A stretch of 64,000 nt of DNA from the human T2T-CHM13v2.0 reference genome, Homo sapiens. The first letter of the stretch is position 1. Every line of letters begins with the position of its first letter. The stretch lies in NCBI RefSeq assembly GCF_009914755.1, contig NC_060927.1, one strand, 5' to 3'. This document shows positions 1 through 14,132 of this stretch, in pieces. The notes under the pieces were generated by a model. It ran no database searches, was not told the origin of the DNA, and saw nothing but the letters and a program-made list of their open reading frames with translations. A program made the position numbers and the translations under genes.

Positions 1-1178
1 GGCAATGCTACCTTATCTTCCACTTATTAACATAAGGCAGTGATCAAGAAAATGATTTAAAATGTTGCGTTCAGCATTCACTTTTAAACTCAAAAGATAC
101 AAGGGAAGGACTGAACACTGTGGGATTCCCTTAAGTTCTCTTCAAAACATGACTTGGTGATAGAAAAATGTAAGTTTGCAGTCACTAGAAGGCTTTACTT
201 TCTTTTGCTTTCCTAAATGTACTGATTACCCAGCCTCCCACACAGCCCACTGAGGATCCAGGCTGTGTGTGGGCCACACGCATAATCCTGTCTGTGGGTG
301 GAGAATAATTTCACGCATGTGTACAGCAGAGGTGGGCTGTGAGGCTCACGTTCTAACACGCCGGGAGACGCATCATCAGCCAGAAGGCTGCTGTAGAGTG
401 TTGGCAAGATTCCGTAAATCCTGAAGTGATGGTTCATAATGGCTCCAATGCCCATGTGTGAGTACAATCACCCTTCCATGCTCATGTTGTGCCCTCATGC
501 TCCTGGAGAAGAAGTCAAGCCTGCCTTTATTGGTAGCATTGTTGCTGTCCCTTGTAATTAGGATATATCACTACAGGCCTGTGTGCAAAGCAGAGGGAAG
601 GGCAAGGCTGTAGAGACCCTGGTTGGAAAGAAGCACCTGGTACACTGGGGTCACACTGGGTGGGCCTCACTCATGATGTTGGGAACTATTGGTTACATGT
701 CCTTTAACTATTTTTTTATTTGTAAAATGTGGTTGATAATGTCTACTTTATTAGGATTTGTATAAGAATAAATGAAGCCATGTTCCTGGTACATAATAGG
801 CACTCAGTAAATTTGAGTTCTGTCCTCTACTCCTTTTCCCTACCCTCCAGTGGACTGCATAGTTTCATGCTGGCCATAGACTTACCCATTATTATTTTAT
901 CAGCTAGTCACCAAGCAGTAATAGTAATATTCATATTGGTTATTACTGCATATGCCAGTGTACATGTACATTAAAATGTTTGTATGCATCTCATAGGAAT
1001 TCAGGAAAAGCTGAACCACCACTAGACATCAGGTTGGACAGACACTGAAGTCGCTCCCAGGTTGGGCAACTCTTATATGCCTCTTTCTCATGGTTCTCAA
1101 ATTTCCTTTGTTCATTTGTGTCTTTTGTTTTTTCTCCCAGCTAGTTTCCCTGTGTGAGCTTCATAATGGCTTTGGCTC

Positions 1179-1576
1179 TGTATACTAGTCAGAATAGCCC
1201 AAGTTACACTTTATAACAAATGACCTTCCAAGTCTCAATGGTATAATAAAATAAGAGTTTATTTGTCATTCTTGCAAAGCTTGGTGTGGGTTGTTGGTTT
1301 TCCAGGACAGATCTCTCCTAAGGCATGGTTCAGAGCTTCAGGCTGCTTCCATCTTATAACTATGTCATCTGGAACATATGGCCAAAGGGAAGGGGAGGAA
1401 ACGATGGAAAAGGCACAACTGCTTTTAACTGCGCTGGCCCAGAAGTGAAACAACTCAGTGCTGCTCATGGTCCGCTGGCCAGAACTAGTCATGTGACTGC
1501 AACTCAGTTGCAAGGGAGGCAGGGGCATGTAGGAGAGTACAGGGATGTTTGGGGAACATGAACTCTCTCTTCCATA
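1179..1576 (-). mobile_element. MaLR solo LTR, MLT1I/J-like
   Basis: Antisense MLT1 hallmarks: 'tgtatactagtcag...aacaaatgacc...agtttatttgtc' and 'cagaagtga...ggccagaactagtcatgtg...gcaagggaggc'. Confidence 0.7.
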
Positions 1577-2398
1577 CTCTGGGTCTACAAAGTCTTAAAT
1601 ATCTAGTGTCTATAGCTAAATTCTAACTTCTCTGAGGATTTCTTAGTTCAAATTCTTGATGAAAGAGGCCATTTTCTAGGTCCTAATTTCAAGTCAGACC
1701 ACACATGTCATACAGAGGTTGCTGGCTGGCAAATGGGCTTCCTATAAACTGCTGTCTACAGTTGGGCCAATCATTCGTGATAAGGAAGGACACCATCACA
1801 TGCATTGCTGCCTCCTTGGCAGGGGCTGTGTTAGGGACATGTTCTCGAAGACGGAGTTGTAGATGGAGTTGACATCCCCAAAGAGAAGTTGTACCAAGGG
1901 ACTTGCTCTGATCTCCCATGGACAATCTAGAACCAACAGTCCATGATTTGGGGGCAAGAAGCCTGTTGTGCTCAGACATTATTTCAGGCAGCCAAAAGCT
2001 TGTGGTCATTGCCTTGGGTCTTCATAGTGACTGAGCAGGTGACTTCAGGCCCTTGGAAAGCAGGGCAGGGCGGTAGATCATGAGACATATTGCAAAGAAT
2101 CTTGCCTCTGATTTCAAGTTGAAACTTTGAAGGTCCTACTGTGGGTTGCCTGGCAAGATTTCCCACAAGCCAGGAAGTAATTTCCTTATGCAGACAACTA
2201 AAACTCAATTGAAAGCCATTGTCTTCTATGACCTACATGACTCCATTGTTTCTTCACATTGTTAATGATACTGGTATGAGAGGCTGGGGAACAGAAATCT
2301 CAGATTCACCCAGGTGTTGATGGAAGAGACTTGGAAAGAGAACTCTAGTTGTGGTAGTCAGAATGACATATGAAAACACAGAATAGTTACATGATGAC

Positions 2399-2665
2399 CA
2401 GTAGTTGAAAGAGCACTGAAGTCAGACAGGTCAAGAGGTCCAATACTCCAGGCTCAAAACTTTCTGTGATAAGCAATTTACCCAACCCTTCTGACCCTCA
2501 GTTTTCTCAACCCTTCTGACCCTCAGTTTTCTCAACCCTTCTGACCCTCAGTTTTCTTACCTTTCAAATAAGGATATTAATATCTATTTTGAGAATTTGA
2601 AATCAAGTATGAAAATCACATAACTTACTGCCTAGAAGAGAATAGCTCAACAATTAAAGGTAGCA
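2399..2665 (+). mobile_element. MIR SINE with internal 25-bp triplication
   Basis: 'gaaagagcactgaagtcagacag', core 'ctgaccctcagttttct', 3' part 'tgcctagaagagaatagctcaacaatt'. Confidence 0.7.
2483..2557. repeat. Perfect tandem repeat, 25 bp x3
   Basis: caacccttctgaccctcagttttct at 2483, 2508 and 2533. Confidence 0.97.
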
Positions 2666-4292
2666 ACCAGCATTATTATTTAATAGTGTGCTTAAGGCAG
2701 ACTGACCTCAGTCAGACTGACCTCAGATTTCTGAGACTGACCATGTTCCCAGTACCTGGGCATTGCTTATAGCTTAGTCTGTAAGGTTGCAGCAGCTGGG
2801 CAGAACAACTGGAGATAATCTTGTTTTGATGAGAGGCTGGGCTGTATCTTTAACCAAGCCAGGATTGCTAACTTCCACATGGCCTTCTCACTGTCTTCAT
2901 CACTCTCTGCTGCAGAACTGAATGAGTGATGCACAGCTGACTTACAGTGGGTGGAGAAGAGGCAGCTACCCCCTCCATAGTGTGCTTTCAGAGGAGACAG
3001 GAAGCATTTTTTCTCTCAACCACAATTTTCTGTCAACCTCCCACGACTGCCATAGTGCCTCCAATTCCATCATCATAGGCTTTTTGTGGCTTCATTTAGA
3101 GATTATACATTTAACTTTCCATCAGCAGCATTGATAAGTGAGTTCTGCATTCATGTATTTTTCAGGGTCCTTTTGAAGAAAATATTTTAGCTGTGATCTC
3201 AGAATCCTAGTCTCAATATATCAGATTAAGTCTACACTGGGTAGTAGGCTCAGCCATGTCTAGACTGTCAAAGATAAAATACAGAGTAGTTCCCAGGAGT
3301 AATACGTCATTTCCCCTTGTTTTCTGTGCCTTGTTGAAGTCTGGGAGAATCACAGCCAATGCAACAGGCATTTATAGAGCACCTACTATGGACCTTGTCC
3401 CAGTTGGGCTCTCAAAGAGTTTATGGACTAAATGGGGAGAAAAGATAAACACATAAAAAAGGGATTTGCAAGACAAGGGTTGTGCAACAATACAGAATAA
3501 TATCTGCCAATAATTGAAAAACTGTGGTATTCTGATCTCCAGAGAACTAGGACATGATTGATGGAGAAAGGAGAGGGAACTGTGAAAGCTGATTAGAACG
3601 TTTTCTTCACCTTGTTCTTATCAGGGAACAAGGAGATACTTGTTCACATTAAAGACTGGTAAATTTAGCTGGAATGGAAGGAATTTCACAGCTTTAATCA
3701 GAATATTGCCAACTTGTACAATTCACTATCATGCAGTTAGTGAGGATATCTTTCCTCTCTGCTGACTCCAGTGGTAATAAAGATTGAGTTGCACCCTTCA
3801 AAGGATGACCTGGGTTTTTCCACAGACAGTTCCTCCCACCTGCCCTCTCCTTCATAGAGCAGCAGGCTGGCGGCACAAGAGAAAGAGATAAACTCTCTGA
3901 AGTATACCACCCACACTTGGAAGATCATTGTTCTTCTCCAAGAAAGAGCTGGCAGAGGTAGAAGTTTCTATTCTGTTCTTAGCACAAATGTCAGAAAAGA
4001 CCTAGGGTTCTTTGTTTGGTGCCAACTAAGCAATGCTCGGCTAAGAGGAGCTCCTAGTTTTCTTGTTCCTCACCCTAATGCCATTGGCTAAGACTATAGT
4101 AGTGTTAGTTCTTGGCTGACTGTACAGCTATGGCAAGTGTGCAGATAGAATAATTCTAGCTTATACAAAATGCTCGCTGATTTACCCCATAAAGTGTAGC
4201 TGTTCAGAATTAAAGGAAAACTTAAGTCCAAGAGAAAGTGTCTAAAAAGAGAAAGTGTTGCTGACAAATAAAAAAATACAATTAAAAGGCAA

Positions 4293-4597
<305 letters not shown>

Positions 4598-5768
4598 GGT
4601 AAAACCTGAATTTATGGTGGTAATATAGAAATCTTATTCCAGGACAAGGGCTCTGGTGTTTTATTCAAGTCTTGTGATATTTCTAGCTTTTGGTTAAGCA
4701 GTGACTAACAGCAGGTAAGAATTGTGAGAGAGCAACAAGTTTATCAAGAGACTTACTTCTTTAAATTCATCCTCTTATGATATATCATCTTTAAGTAATC
4801 TAGTCTGACTTTAGCTGCTTTATTAAAGTTACTGACAAAGTGCATTCATATGCCTGTTTATAACTATGCTTAGGACAGACTCTTGGTTGAACATCAAGGC
4901 CTTCAGCAATGCTGATGCCCAAGTGAGCACAGTTCCTGGAGAGAAGGCATCATATCTTAAAACAGCCATAAACTCTCACTCCAAACATCTAAAGGGCCAG
5001 CATATGACACACATTTTGGTAGCTTTTGTAATAATTAGTGATTGGATAGTAGCCTCTGTTCCCTCTCTCCCAAGCTTCTCAGTATCTTCTCCCCTCCTCA
5101 GAGCATGCTGAAAGATTTGACTGCCCACTCCTAGGACCTGGGCATCTATATTAGGTGAATTTCTTAGAGCCATTCACTGGGAAAATATTTACTAAGCATC
5201 TAATCTATGCAAGGCTCCTTCCATGATGCAGACTTATTACTGGGGAGTGTGAGGCAGGGTGGGATGCTGTTTCATCAGACCCCCGGCACCATGGGCCCCA
5301 GCTTTCCAATGACTGTAAGATAGAGAAGGCCTCATAGACATTTAGCATCTTATCTCCTGTGTACAGGACAAGCACCTCAGCCTCAGGGACCTGTTTTCCT
5401 CCTCAGCATATGTGCTAGCTCAGAGAGGGCTGCTGTGGGTTGGTTTGATGCTGTGCAGCACATGGGACCCTCTCTGAGCAGAAGTCACACTCGGTGACCT
5501 AAGAGGTGATGGGGCCTGAGTAAAGCCTCCTTCAATGTGGAAATCATCCCCTATTTAGTCTGCAGAGGCTGGCATGGTGGGCCTGGTTTTATCGGCAGAA
5601 CGTGGTAACTTCCCTAGGAAAGATGGGTGGAGGCCTTTTCCTTTTCAAATAGCCATGTGTATGGCAGACACCTGAAGCTGCCTTATATAGTCAGATCCAG
5701 TCTTTAAAGAACTGGTCTTTGTTCTTCTCCTTCTTTTTTACAAACAATCCAACCCTGAGCAGCATACC

Positions 5769-5799
5769 TTCCCTGAGTAACAGATTCCCTGAGTAACAG
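5769..5799. repeat. Tandem duplication, 16-bp period
   Basis: ttccctgagtaacag(a) occurs twice back to back. Confidence 0.95.
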
Positions 5800-8534
5800 G
5801 TGACCAGGGTCTATTTCTATTCTGGAGAGAAGCCTCCTCTTAAGTAACTTGCATTGTCCTTAATATGTGGTTTTCCCTGACAGCTGATCCTAGGAACCTC
5901 CCAGAGCCTTCCAGAATTCTCCCAGAATAGACAGATTTGATCAAGAAAGGCTTCTTCCCATTGACAAGGTGAGCACAGCCTCATGCCTGGGTCTTGAACC
6001 TGAACCATGCAGGCCAGATGTCCACTGCCTCTGTCTTCTCAGAGTGAGGCCTCCCTGACACACAGGATGGAGCAGGAGGTGGGGTCTTTGTTGTTTCCAG
6101 AATCCTATGGTCTTCTCTCTGCCCCTGTGGGTGAGCACTGCTCACAGCTTCACACTGACTACTTTTGCCTAGAATTCTAGGCAGTGGCCCTTTCCAGAAG
6201 ACAAGGTTCCTCTCCAGGATGGCCCACAGGAAAATGGGAGGATCAGTTAGGTCTCCCTCAAAACCACCATTCCAGGCTGGACAGTATTCAAGGACCCTGT
6301 TATTTAAACATAATTTTTACAGAAGAAAGGCTGTCTACAAAATGAGTCTTCAGAAAAGCAAAATAGCAAAATTTCTTGGTAGATTTTTAGAATACTATTA
6401 AGAAAAATATTAAATTATAAAAGCATGCTAATTATATCTTACATTTAACAAAATTATAATTGTGCCTGTGTGTTATTTTGGCTAAGTCAAGTGTTAATTA
6501 TTTCTTTTCAACACTAGTGTTAAGCAGCGGGGGGATATCTGAGTAGGAATTCACTTTATAAGTGATCATTTAATTAGTGACATGACAATTTGTCCTTTTT
6601 TAATGCAATTTCACTACTGTCTGGCATTAAAGATAAAGATTTTAAGAGGACTAACAATCTATATGAATCCTTTGGTGAATGCTGGTACAGCTGAAAAAAG
6701 GCAGACATGAATGGACTAGAGGGCTCCCAACATCAGAATTTCTACAGAGCCCACAGGGAGCTTCTATAATAATATCCTCTATGTTGACATCTGCTTGGGA
6801 GCCTCCACATCCTGTCCTGGCTCCCCTGCCATCTTTCCCTAAAGTAGCCTGTCCTTTGCGGTCTTTAATCTTTACCCACTTATCAGATTCCTCTCCACCT
6901 TTTCTCCTAATATGAAAGGGCATCTCTTTTCCTGGATCCACTCCCTCTCCCTAGCCTTTCCCAAGCTGGCATCATTCTAATAGGAACAGTTCCTGATGTC
7001 ATTGTTGCTCTTTGACACCCAAGAACAACTCCAGAAAAGAGTCTTGCAGGGTGGATTTTCAGGGAAGGGGTTTCCTGTCATTTCACCCTCAATGTGAGTG
7101 CAGACTCACCTGGTCCTTTAAGCACAGGTCCTACTGAATCAGATATCTGCATATTTGTCTCTTGAGGGGAATATTAATACTATTCTGAGTACAACTGTAT
7201 CTAAACCCTGCCAGCTGAAGAAAATTTTCCTGTTTGTCTCATCAACCAGTAGCTCCCTCTTCATGTGCAGTCCATAAAGTCCACAGGCAAAGTAGAATTT
7301 GGTTCCTCACCTCTCCACCTTGGGGCTGAACCAAGGATGTAAGAGTCACATCACTCTCTAAAGCTGCTTCCCTTGTTATCCCAAGAGAAATGGATTATCA
7401 TTTCACTTGGGATTCATGAAACTATTTTGTCCTCCTCAATCTTTTAATTCTCACAAGACTGCAGAGACATAGGTGTCCATCTCTCAGTTTGATAGCTAAG
7501 AAGAGGAGACTCAAAAAAAGTGAGAGACTTCTCTGAGGCAGCGCCTCCAGCAATAGGCAATTTGGGACCTTGATCTGAGCCGAGTCCATTGTTCTCGTGC
7601 CATTGTGCCAGAGCAATGAGTGGTTGATAAGGGACACCCTCAAGAAAGAGTGGCCTGTTGTGTTCTAGGAATGACGTGTTCCTCTTCAGTGTGTAGAGAA
7701 TATAGAAATTACTTTTTCAGACAGCATCTTCTGAAATGTTATCTACTCATCCAGTGGTTCTACAAATACAGGTAGAACCACCATATCATCAAGTTCTGGA
7801 GCTGACACTGACCATTTCCAACCTTCAGTCATAACTTGCATGGCTGAAATTGAAGTGTGTTTGGCATAAAATATGCTTATTCTTTTGAGTATTAAGCCTC
7901 AGTACTTAATACTATATCACATGCAATTACTTAGAAGTCAAAGTCTCCATTACACTTGTCCAAGTCATAAGAAGAAAGCTCTTTAGGGATTCCTGGAGCC
8001 CATGGAACCTGGGAAGCCTGCCACAGTGGCAATGGGGCTGAATCCACCCCTCCCTGCCTCTTTCCATTCCCTTTCCAGGCATGTTCCTTACCTGTAAACC
8101 TGCTACTTTACCTGCAGCTAGAAGTCCCATTGAATTTTTTATTTGTTTTTGTTTTTTGTGTTTTTTATTAAAAAGAACCTTGGTGGAGTCATTCTTAGGT
8201 TTCAAAATACTCCAGTCTCAAATTCACAGTCAAGGCAGTTAAGGGCAAGATAAGACAGGGATTGGGCTTTGGAATTTGCTGAGATGCAGCTTGTTTCATC
8301 TCATGGTATTTATTTTGTTTTGTTTTGTTGTATTTTGAAGCCCTATTTCTTCTAGTAAGAAGCACGCATCTAAATATGCTATGTTCCCTCTTTGGACATG
8401 GCCACTTTAGAAAATGAGCCCAGAGAAGGAAATTCTTCAACCAAAGGAAAAGGATGGAGTTAGCATTTGTTGTACTCCTGCTAGGTACCCGGCACTGGGA
8501 GAGCTCCATTTATGCCCTGTCACAGAGGGGCAGA

Positions 8535-8655
8535 GAGCACCCTATGAACTGGGTATTATGGTCCTATTTTAAAGATAGGAAGGTGTGCCTCAGAAGGGTG
8601 AAGTATCTTGCTCAAGCAAGGCAGCTATGAAGTGGAAGAGCTTGGATTTGAACAA
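8535..8655 (-). mobile_element. MIR fragment
   Basis: 'cctatgaactgggtattatggtcctattttaaagatagga...cttgctcaag...ggatttgaac'. Confidence 0.65.
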
Positions 8656-11377
8656 AAGAGACTGGGATGGATGGAAACCTAGGCACTGTGGTTCATGGCT
8701 TAGGGAGTTAATTCTGGGCATGTGAGTCTTTATGGGGTCTCAGCATGTTACACATGGAAACGTCTTATTTTTTTTCCTTGCCCCAATGTAACAGGACAAG
8801 ATTACCTGCACCATTGCCCTTTACCTGATCTCAGGCTACTGGCTCCAGGATAGTTCTCTCTACTCTACCAGAAATCCAGGTATTACTGTAGAGAATCATA
8901 GTCACCTCCTGGAAGAGCCGGGAATCTCAGCACAGGCTGCTCACAGTGTCTCTGCATAGCTCCCTGGGAGAGACTGTGTGACTCAACCGAACCATGCCCT
9001 TAGAAGCCTTGATGTGCTCTAATTGGGAGAGGTGCTCTTGCCTAGCTGAGGTGATAATTGGCCCAGGCTTGGGTAAAAGTAGGTGGCGAATCTCCCTTCC
9101 TGTTGGCTCTGGAGGCCAGGAATGGATACAGTGGGGTCATGGGCTTTTTATGAAAAGACTGCTCCTTGGTCTTTTTCAAAGCTATTTTGAGCTTTGGAAG
9201 TCCCCATAATGTCTGTGCTCTATGAAAGCACTGAGCCCTGTAGAGATCTTTAGAAGAGCTAGGAGAATTCTTAGGGAACTAAGGAAGTTCCCAGGGTTGG
9301 TAGAGAGGGCAACTCTTTCCAGCAGAAGAATTTTCTGATGGCACAGAGACAGGACCAAAGAATTAGCCCAGAGCAAAAGTGACTATGCCTGAGAACTTGG
9401 ATTTTGCGTGATCTAGTCAGGAGGCCATGCTTCAGTTCCAGCTTTGCAATTAACATCCAAGTGACTTAGTACAAGTCATGCTCCTCTCTGTGGCTTGTTT
9501 TTCCCCATCATCAGTGAAAAGAAATGTGTTAAAAGCACCCCAGGTTTCCTTGATCACAGTCAACCCTCCCACTCTGCCATGTGCCAGCCCTCATCAGCCT
9601 TCCCAGGACCATAAATCTCAGAATCATTTATGCCAATTTTATGCCAGGTTTTGCTAAAAATATGTCTTTATTCTAAAGGACTGGCAATTTCAAGTTACTA
9701 CCATTCCTCTTAAAATCTGCAAATATTGGAACAATTCCACCTTAATCAGATTTTACTTTTCTAAGTCATTTTATTTTGAGGCACATATTATTTAGATGAC
9801 TCAGGGCTTCCACGAGCTTTTTAATTAGGATGAAGTTCTTGATTCCCAAGTGGATGTTAAGACGACCAACATCTTCCTTACAGAGCTACCTACTCCCTGA
9901 TTATTAACAAAGGAAATTTTAAAGATCAGGGCATGAACTACTCCATAAGAGAAACCTCAGAGCCTATTTTCACAGTAATATTTTGGCAGTAAGCAAAGAG
10001 GGAAATGTAAACATTAAACACCATGGGGCATCGTGTTATTGAATAAAGAAATTAATTTCTACACTTCTGTAGAGGATATAGAACTTTGATTCTAAGATCA
10101 GGACTTTTCACTTTGCTATTCCTTCAAAAGCTCTTATTTACTCTTTGTTATTAGAGAAAAAATTAAAAAGCTAGCTATGGATGTTCTAAAGTAATTCCCT
10201 TGGAGGATAGATATATTGCTGCAAATGCTGGGATCATTCCTCATTATTTCTATTGTAGATCTAGGGAAGCTAAGGTTCCTTGAAGTTTGATGCCTCACAG
10301 GCACACAGGTAGGGAAGGGCTTGCTTTTCTAACTCAGCCCTGGCTTCTCTGTGTTGCACCTCAGCCTCTGGGTGCCCACCTGGAAGCCCTGCCTCTAGTC
10401 AGATGGCAAACCTCTCTGGAGGAGGGCTGTTGGCTTCTCTTCTTTCTTTCCTCATAGCCCCTAGACCAAGATGGGACTTGCAATTGGCTCCCAGGAAGAA
10501 AATCAGGCCACTTTGATTCCAGAATCATTGTCCAGTTTCCAGGTTGTGGAAACACAATCCAGATTGTAGCTTGTCCAGATTGTACTCCTAGAAGGATCCT
10601 GGGCTCTTCAACCCCATTCTCCTATTGTTCTCAGGAGAAGAAGCTGCACATCCAAGGTTTAATGTGTATCACTCTATGCTTCCTATCTCATGGCTAATCA
10701 TTCTTGAGGTCACTGCTATTCCAAGGGGGCCAGTGATTCTATTAGAGAGACAGTCTGCAGTAGTCCTGTGCTCAGTGTAACATCTCTATTTTATGCTTTG
10801 TATTTGCCCCTTTCCCCTACAGACACAACTCCTTTCTCGCTCCATGCCTCCATTCTTCTTTCCCTCCCCTCTCTATCTGAATTGTGTGTCATTGTTCATC
10901 TCCTCTGGTCAAATCTCTGAGTCCATGCTGAAGACTTCACAGATGCAGACTTAGTGAGGGTCTTCATCTTTTTTATCCAAGTCAGACAAATGAACTCTGC
11001 AATAGAAACATGAGCCACTGGGGCAGGCTACCTGGAGAGACCTCGCAAACGGGCCACCTTGAGACAACCCCTGAAGCCAAGTGGTGGAGGAGCAGAGTCT
11101 CTGTTTAGGCCTGAGCCCCAGTGTATCAAAGTGCCCCCACCCACACAGAGGAACACCCTCTCTACAAGGGTTCCCTTCTTATGTTGGGTGCAGATCTCTT
11201 TCTTCCTGCCCCGAGCTCCTGATCGACAACACATCAGTCTATGAGAGCTTGCTTTATACCTATACCCCATGTGTTCCTGGGGCCTACAAGAGGAGTAAAA
11301 ATGGCCCGTCTCTTCAAGCAGTCAAGGTATAGTTGAAAAAACAAGGTAAATATCCTTGGAACAACTAAAGAGTATTA

Positions 11378-11600
11378 TCATCATCATTTATAGACTGCCC
11401 CCTCTGCACCAGAAGCCACTGTGATAAGGACTTCATATGCACGATCTCATTTAATTTTTAGAACATCCCTGGAAGGTGAACTCACTTTACAGATGATGAA
11501 ACTGAGGTTTACAAGAGTACAAGTGACTTACCCACGACCACACAGCCAGTGGTCTGCAAAAATGGGCTTCAAATCCACAGTCCAACCCTGGGACCTGTGC
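11378..11600 (-). mobile_element. MIR
   Basis: 'ttacagatgatgaaactgagg...aagtgacttaccca...ccacacagccagt...ttcaaatcc'. Confidence 0.8.
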
Positions 11601-11951
11601 TTTACTCATCTCACAACACAAAAGTATATGCAGTTTGCAGGTACCAAGCATCACTGCTATGCCTTGGCTCAAAACCCAGTGAAAGAATTGGAAGGAATTC
11701 TTCATTCTGTTGAAACCAAAATTTTCTTTAAAATAGAACACACATTCATTTCCTGCTTAAGAAGACAAGAAAGGGCCATCTTGATGAAATTTTCACTTAT
11801 GTTCTGTGAGGGGGTGGCACTGAAAAGAGAAACCATCCTTTAACTACTTGTCTTCTAAGCGATTTCAGGAACACCATTATTTGTGGAGCTTATTTTGCTT
11901 CTGAAATTGTAGATGAAATGAGGTTACAGGGAAGAGGAGCAAATATTAAAA

Positions 11952-11971
11952 GTGTGTGTGTGTGTGTGTGT
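11952..11971. repeat. (GT)n microsatellite
   Basis: Direct reading. Confidence 0.95.
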
Positions 11972-12619
11972 TTTTTACTACACTCCAAATAATGACTTTT
12001 CTCCTAAATTTTCTGCCATAGAATATGCATTTTTAAAGCCCATAATAATAAGGCAGCTTATAATTCACAGGAGTGTATCTTCATGGAGAAATCTCAGCAC
12101 GTGGTGCAGATGCAGACAGCCGTGCACCTGGACATTATACACGATGCCATGATCTCCTTCATAAGTCAGTAAATGGGAAAGTCATTTATCCCTCTGTCAA
12201 ATATGGGTGAATCTGAAGGCTTGAGTCGCTCTAACCTCTGGCTTCTTATGGGTGCATGCAGTCCAGGGGAAATGCTAGGTTGCAAGCAGAGGCAGGATGA
12301 ACCCGTGCTGAGACTGCACGTCTGACCTAGCAGGCACCGTGGTGAGAGAAAGAGCAGACAGTCTGCCCTTTCGAGCTCTAGGCAAATCCTGCTTGTTGAT
12401 ACTATGAAAAGGTAAATTTGAAAACCTCTCTCTGCTTTGCAAACATGCCTTTAGAGACAGAGCATGAAAAAAACAGACCATAAAAATCCCTTTGCAGCTG
12501 ATTTTCATTTAACCAAACTGAAGTGCAAATGCTTATTACAGAAAATGGCTCATAATGTGTTTGTAGTAATTTCCAGGAGAGGCCCTAACATGCCAGAACC
12601 ATCCTTCTGATGGCTGCCT

Positions 12620-12838
12620 TAGTCTTCTGCTGGAGCCAGTGCCTTCCAGCTTGTGGGAACCAATTGTTAAATACTCTGATTGGTTTTTTGAGCCAGTTGT
12701 TAAACTGTTAGTGGCTTGAAATTGGCCACGGATGGAATTTTACACCATGGAAATCGGCAAACACTACAAATTGCAGTTTCTTTCTCCCACTCCCCACTCC
12801 TGCCCTCGCAAGAGAGCCAGTTTACTAGCATACCACTG
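12620..12838 (+). mobile_element. MER63-like hAT DNA transposon
   Basis: 'gagccagttgttaaac...gcttgaaattggcca...tttacaccatggaaatcggcaaacactacaaat', ending 'agcataccactg'. Confidence 0.8.
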
Positions 12839-13619
12839 TGCCTAATTGATATCAAATTCTGAACATCCAGCAGCAACCCAGGCTGTGCTCCCCAAAGGTC
12901 TGCAGAGACCCTTTGAAGCCTAGGGGCTGGCTACAGTGCCTGCAGACTGTGTGCAGACCCCAACTCGCTCTCTCAGTGGCTGCGGCACTCTTGGTCTTCA
13001 ATATAGTTTCAAAATGGGAACTGCTTCCAAGTAATCTCAACCCGGGGTTCTCACAGAGCACTTGTCTGAGCCGTCTCAGGCCTGTGCCCTTCCCAATCTC
13101 CTGTCCTACTCTTGGCACCAACTACATTCCTTTCTGCCCCTTTCTAACTGTGTGTCAACACCATTTACAACAGTGAGAAATTGGACTGTGGGGTTTAGGG
13201 TTTCAGTCACATAATTCCATTTGTCTTGGGTTAAAATTTTAAAAGACTCCTGGGAAGCATCTTACTTACCTTCATATTAACCCTCCAAGTTAAGTTGGGC
13301 ATAATCATTCCTATTTCACAGACAAGAAAACTGAGGCAGGGAGTGCTTGGATACTTTGTGCAAAATTATGAAACTAATTGATAGTGACGCACGACTATCA
13401 GGTTGAGCAAAAAGATCCATTTTAAACAATGAAGTGAATGGAGCAATTGTGTGTGTGTATATATGTGTATACGTGTGTGTGATATTCTACACATGTGAAT
13501 AAGTGATATGTAGTGTGGGAAGTTATTCATAATTGCGGGAAAGCCACCAGCTCTGTGGGATAACTGTGTTGGATCAGGCCAGTGAACAGAGAACTGGCAA
13601 GCTCTGGGGATCTGGTGAT

Positions 13620-14132
13620 CTGCAGCAATTTACAAACTACCTCTGAGCAGACATGGATCCTTACCATCTTCTTGCTGGAGTTCAGGATGAGGCTCAGATT
13701 CCTTGCCTTGCCCATAAGGCTCAAAACACCCCATCTCCAGCCAGAGCTCATGTCACTCTCACCTGCTTTGGGAGTTCCCATCTCCAGGGCTATGCTCACA
13801 GTCCTTCCCACCCACTTTCCAGCTCTACTAAATTACTCATCATTCCCAGAATTTGTTGCTTCTCCCACTTTTTGTGCTTTGCATATGTTGTTTCTTTGCC
13901 AAGAATGCTCTCTGTATTCCTGTCCTCTCCTACAGGCTGGATTAGGTCTGCCCCATGGTGCTCCCGCTGGCCCTGCATCTGGCATCACCCTTATCACCTG
14001 GCATCCTGTCCTGTCCTCTGTCTTCTATTTGTCTCCCTCACTGGCCTGTAAGTTCTTGGGCAACAGGTTTCTGTGAGTCTATCTAAAGCTGAATCACCTA
14101 GCCCAAGCTTCTCAATAAATTTATGTTGGAAG
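13620..14132 (+). mobile_element. L2 3' fragment
   Basis: Pyrimidine-rich L2 3' region ending 'ctcaataaatttatgttggaagaa'. Confidence 0.65.

Noticed and set aside
2483-2557. 25-bp repeats as CRISPR-like
   Set aside because: The units are directly adjacent with no spacers.
10558-10584. 11-bp direct repeat tccagattgta, and the 12-bp repeat at 4230-4258
   Set aside because: Real but too short to separate from ordinary slippage.
13582-14076. 164-aa hydrophobic ORF
   Set aside because: It overlaps a pyrimidine-rich L2 remnant, and the composition explains the lack of stops.
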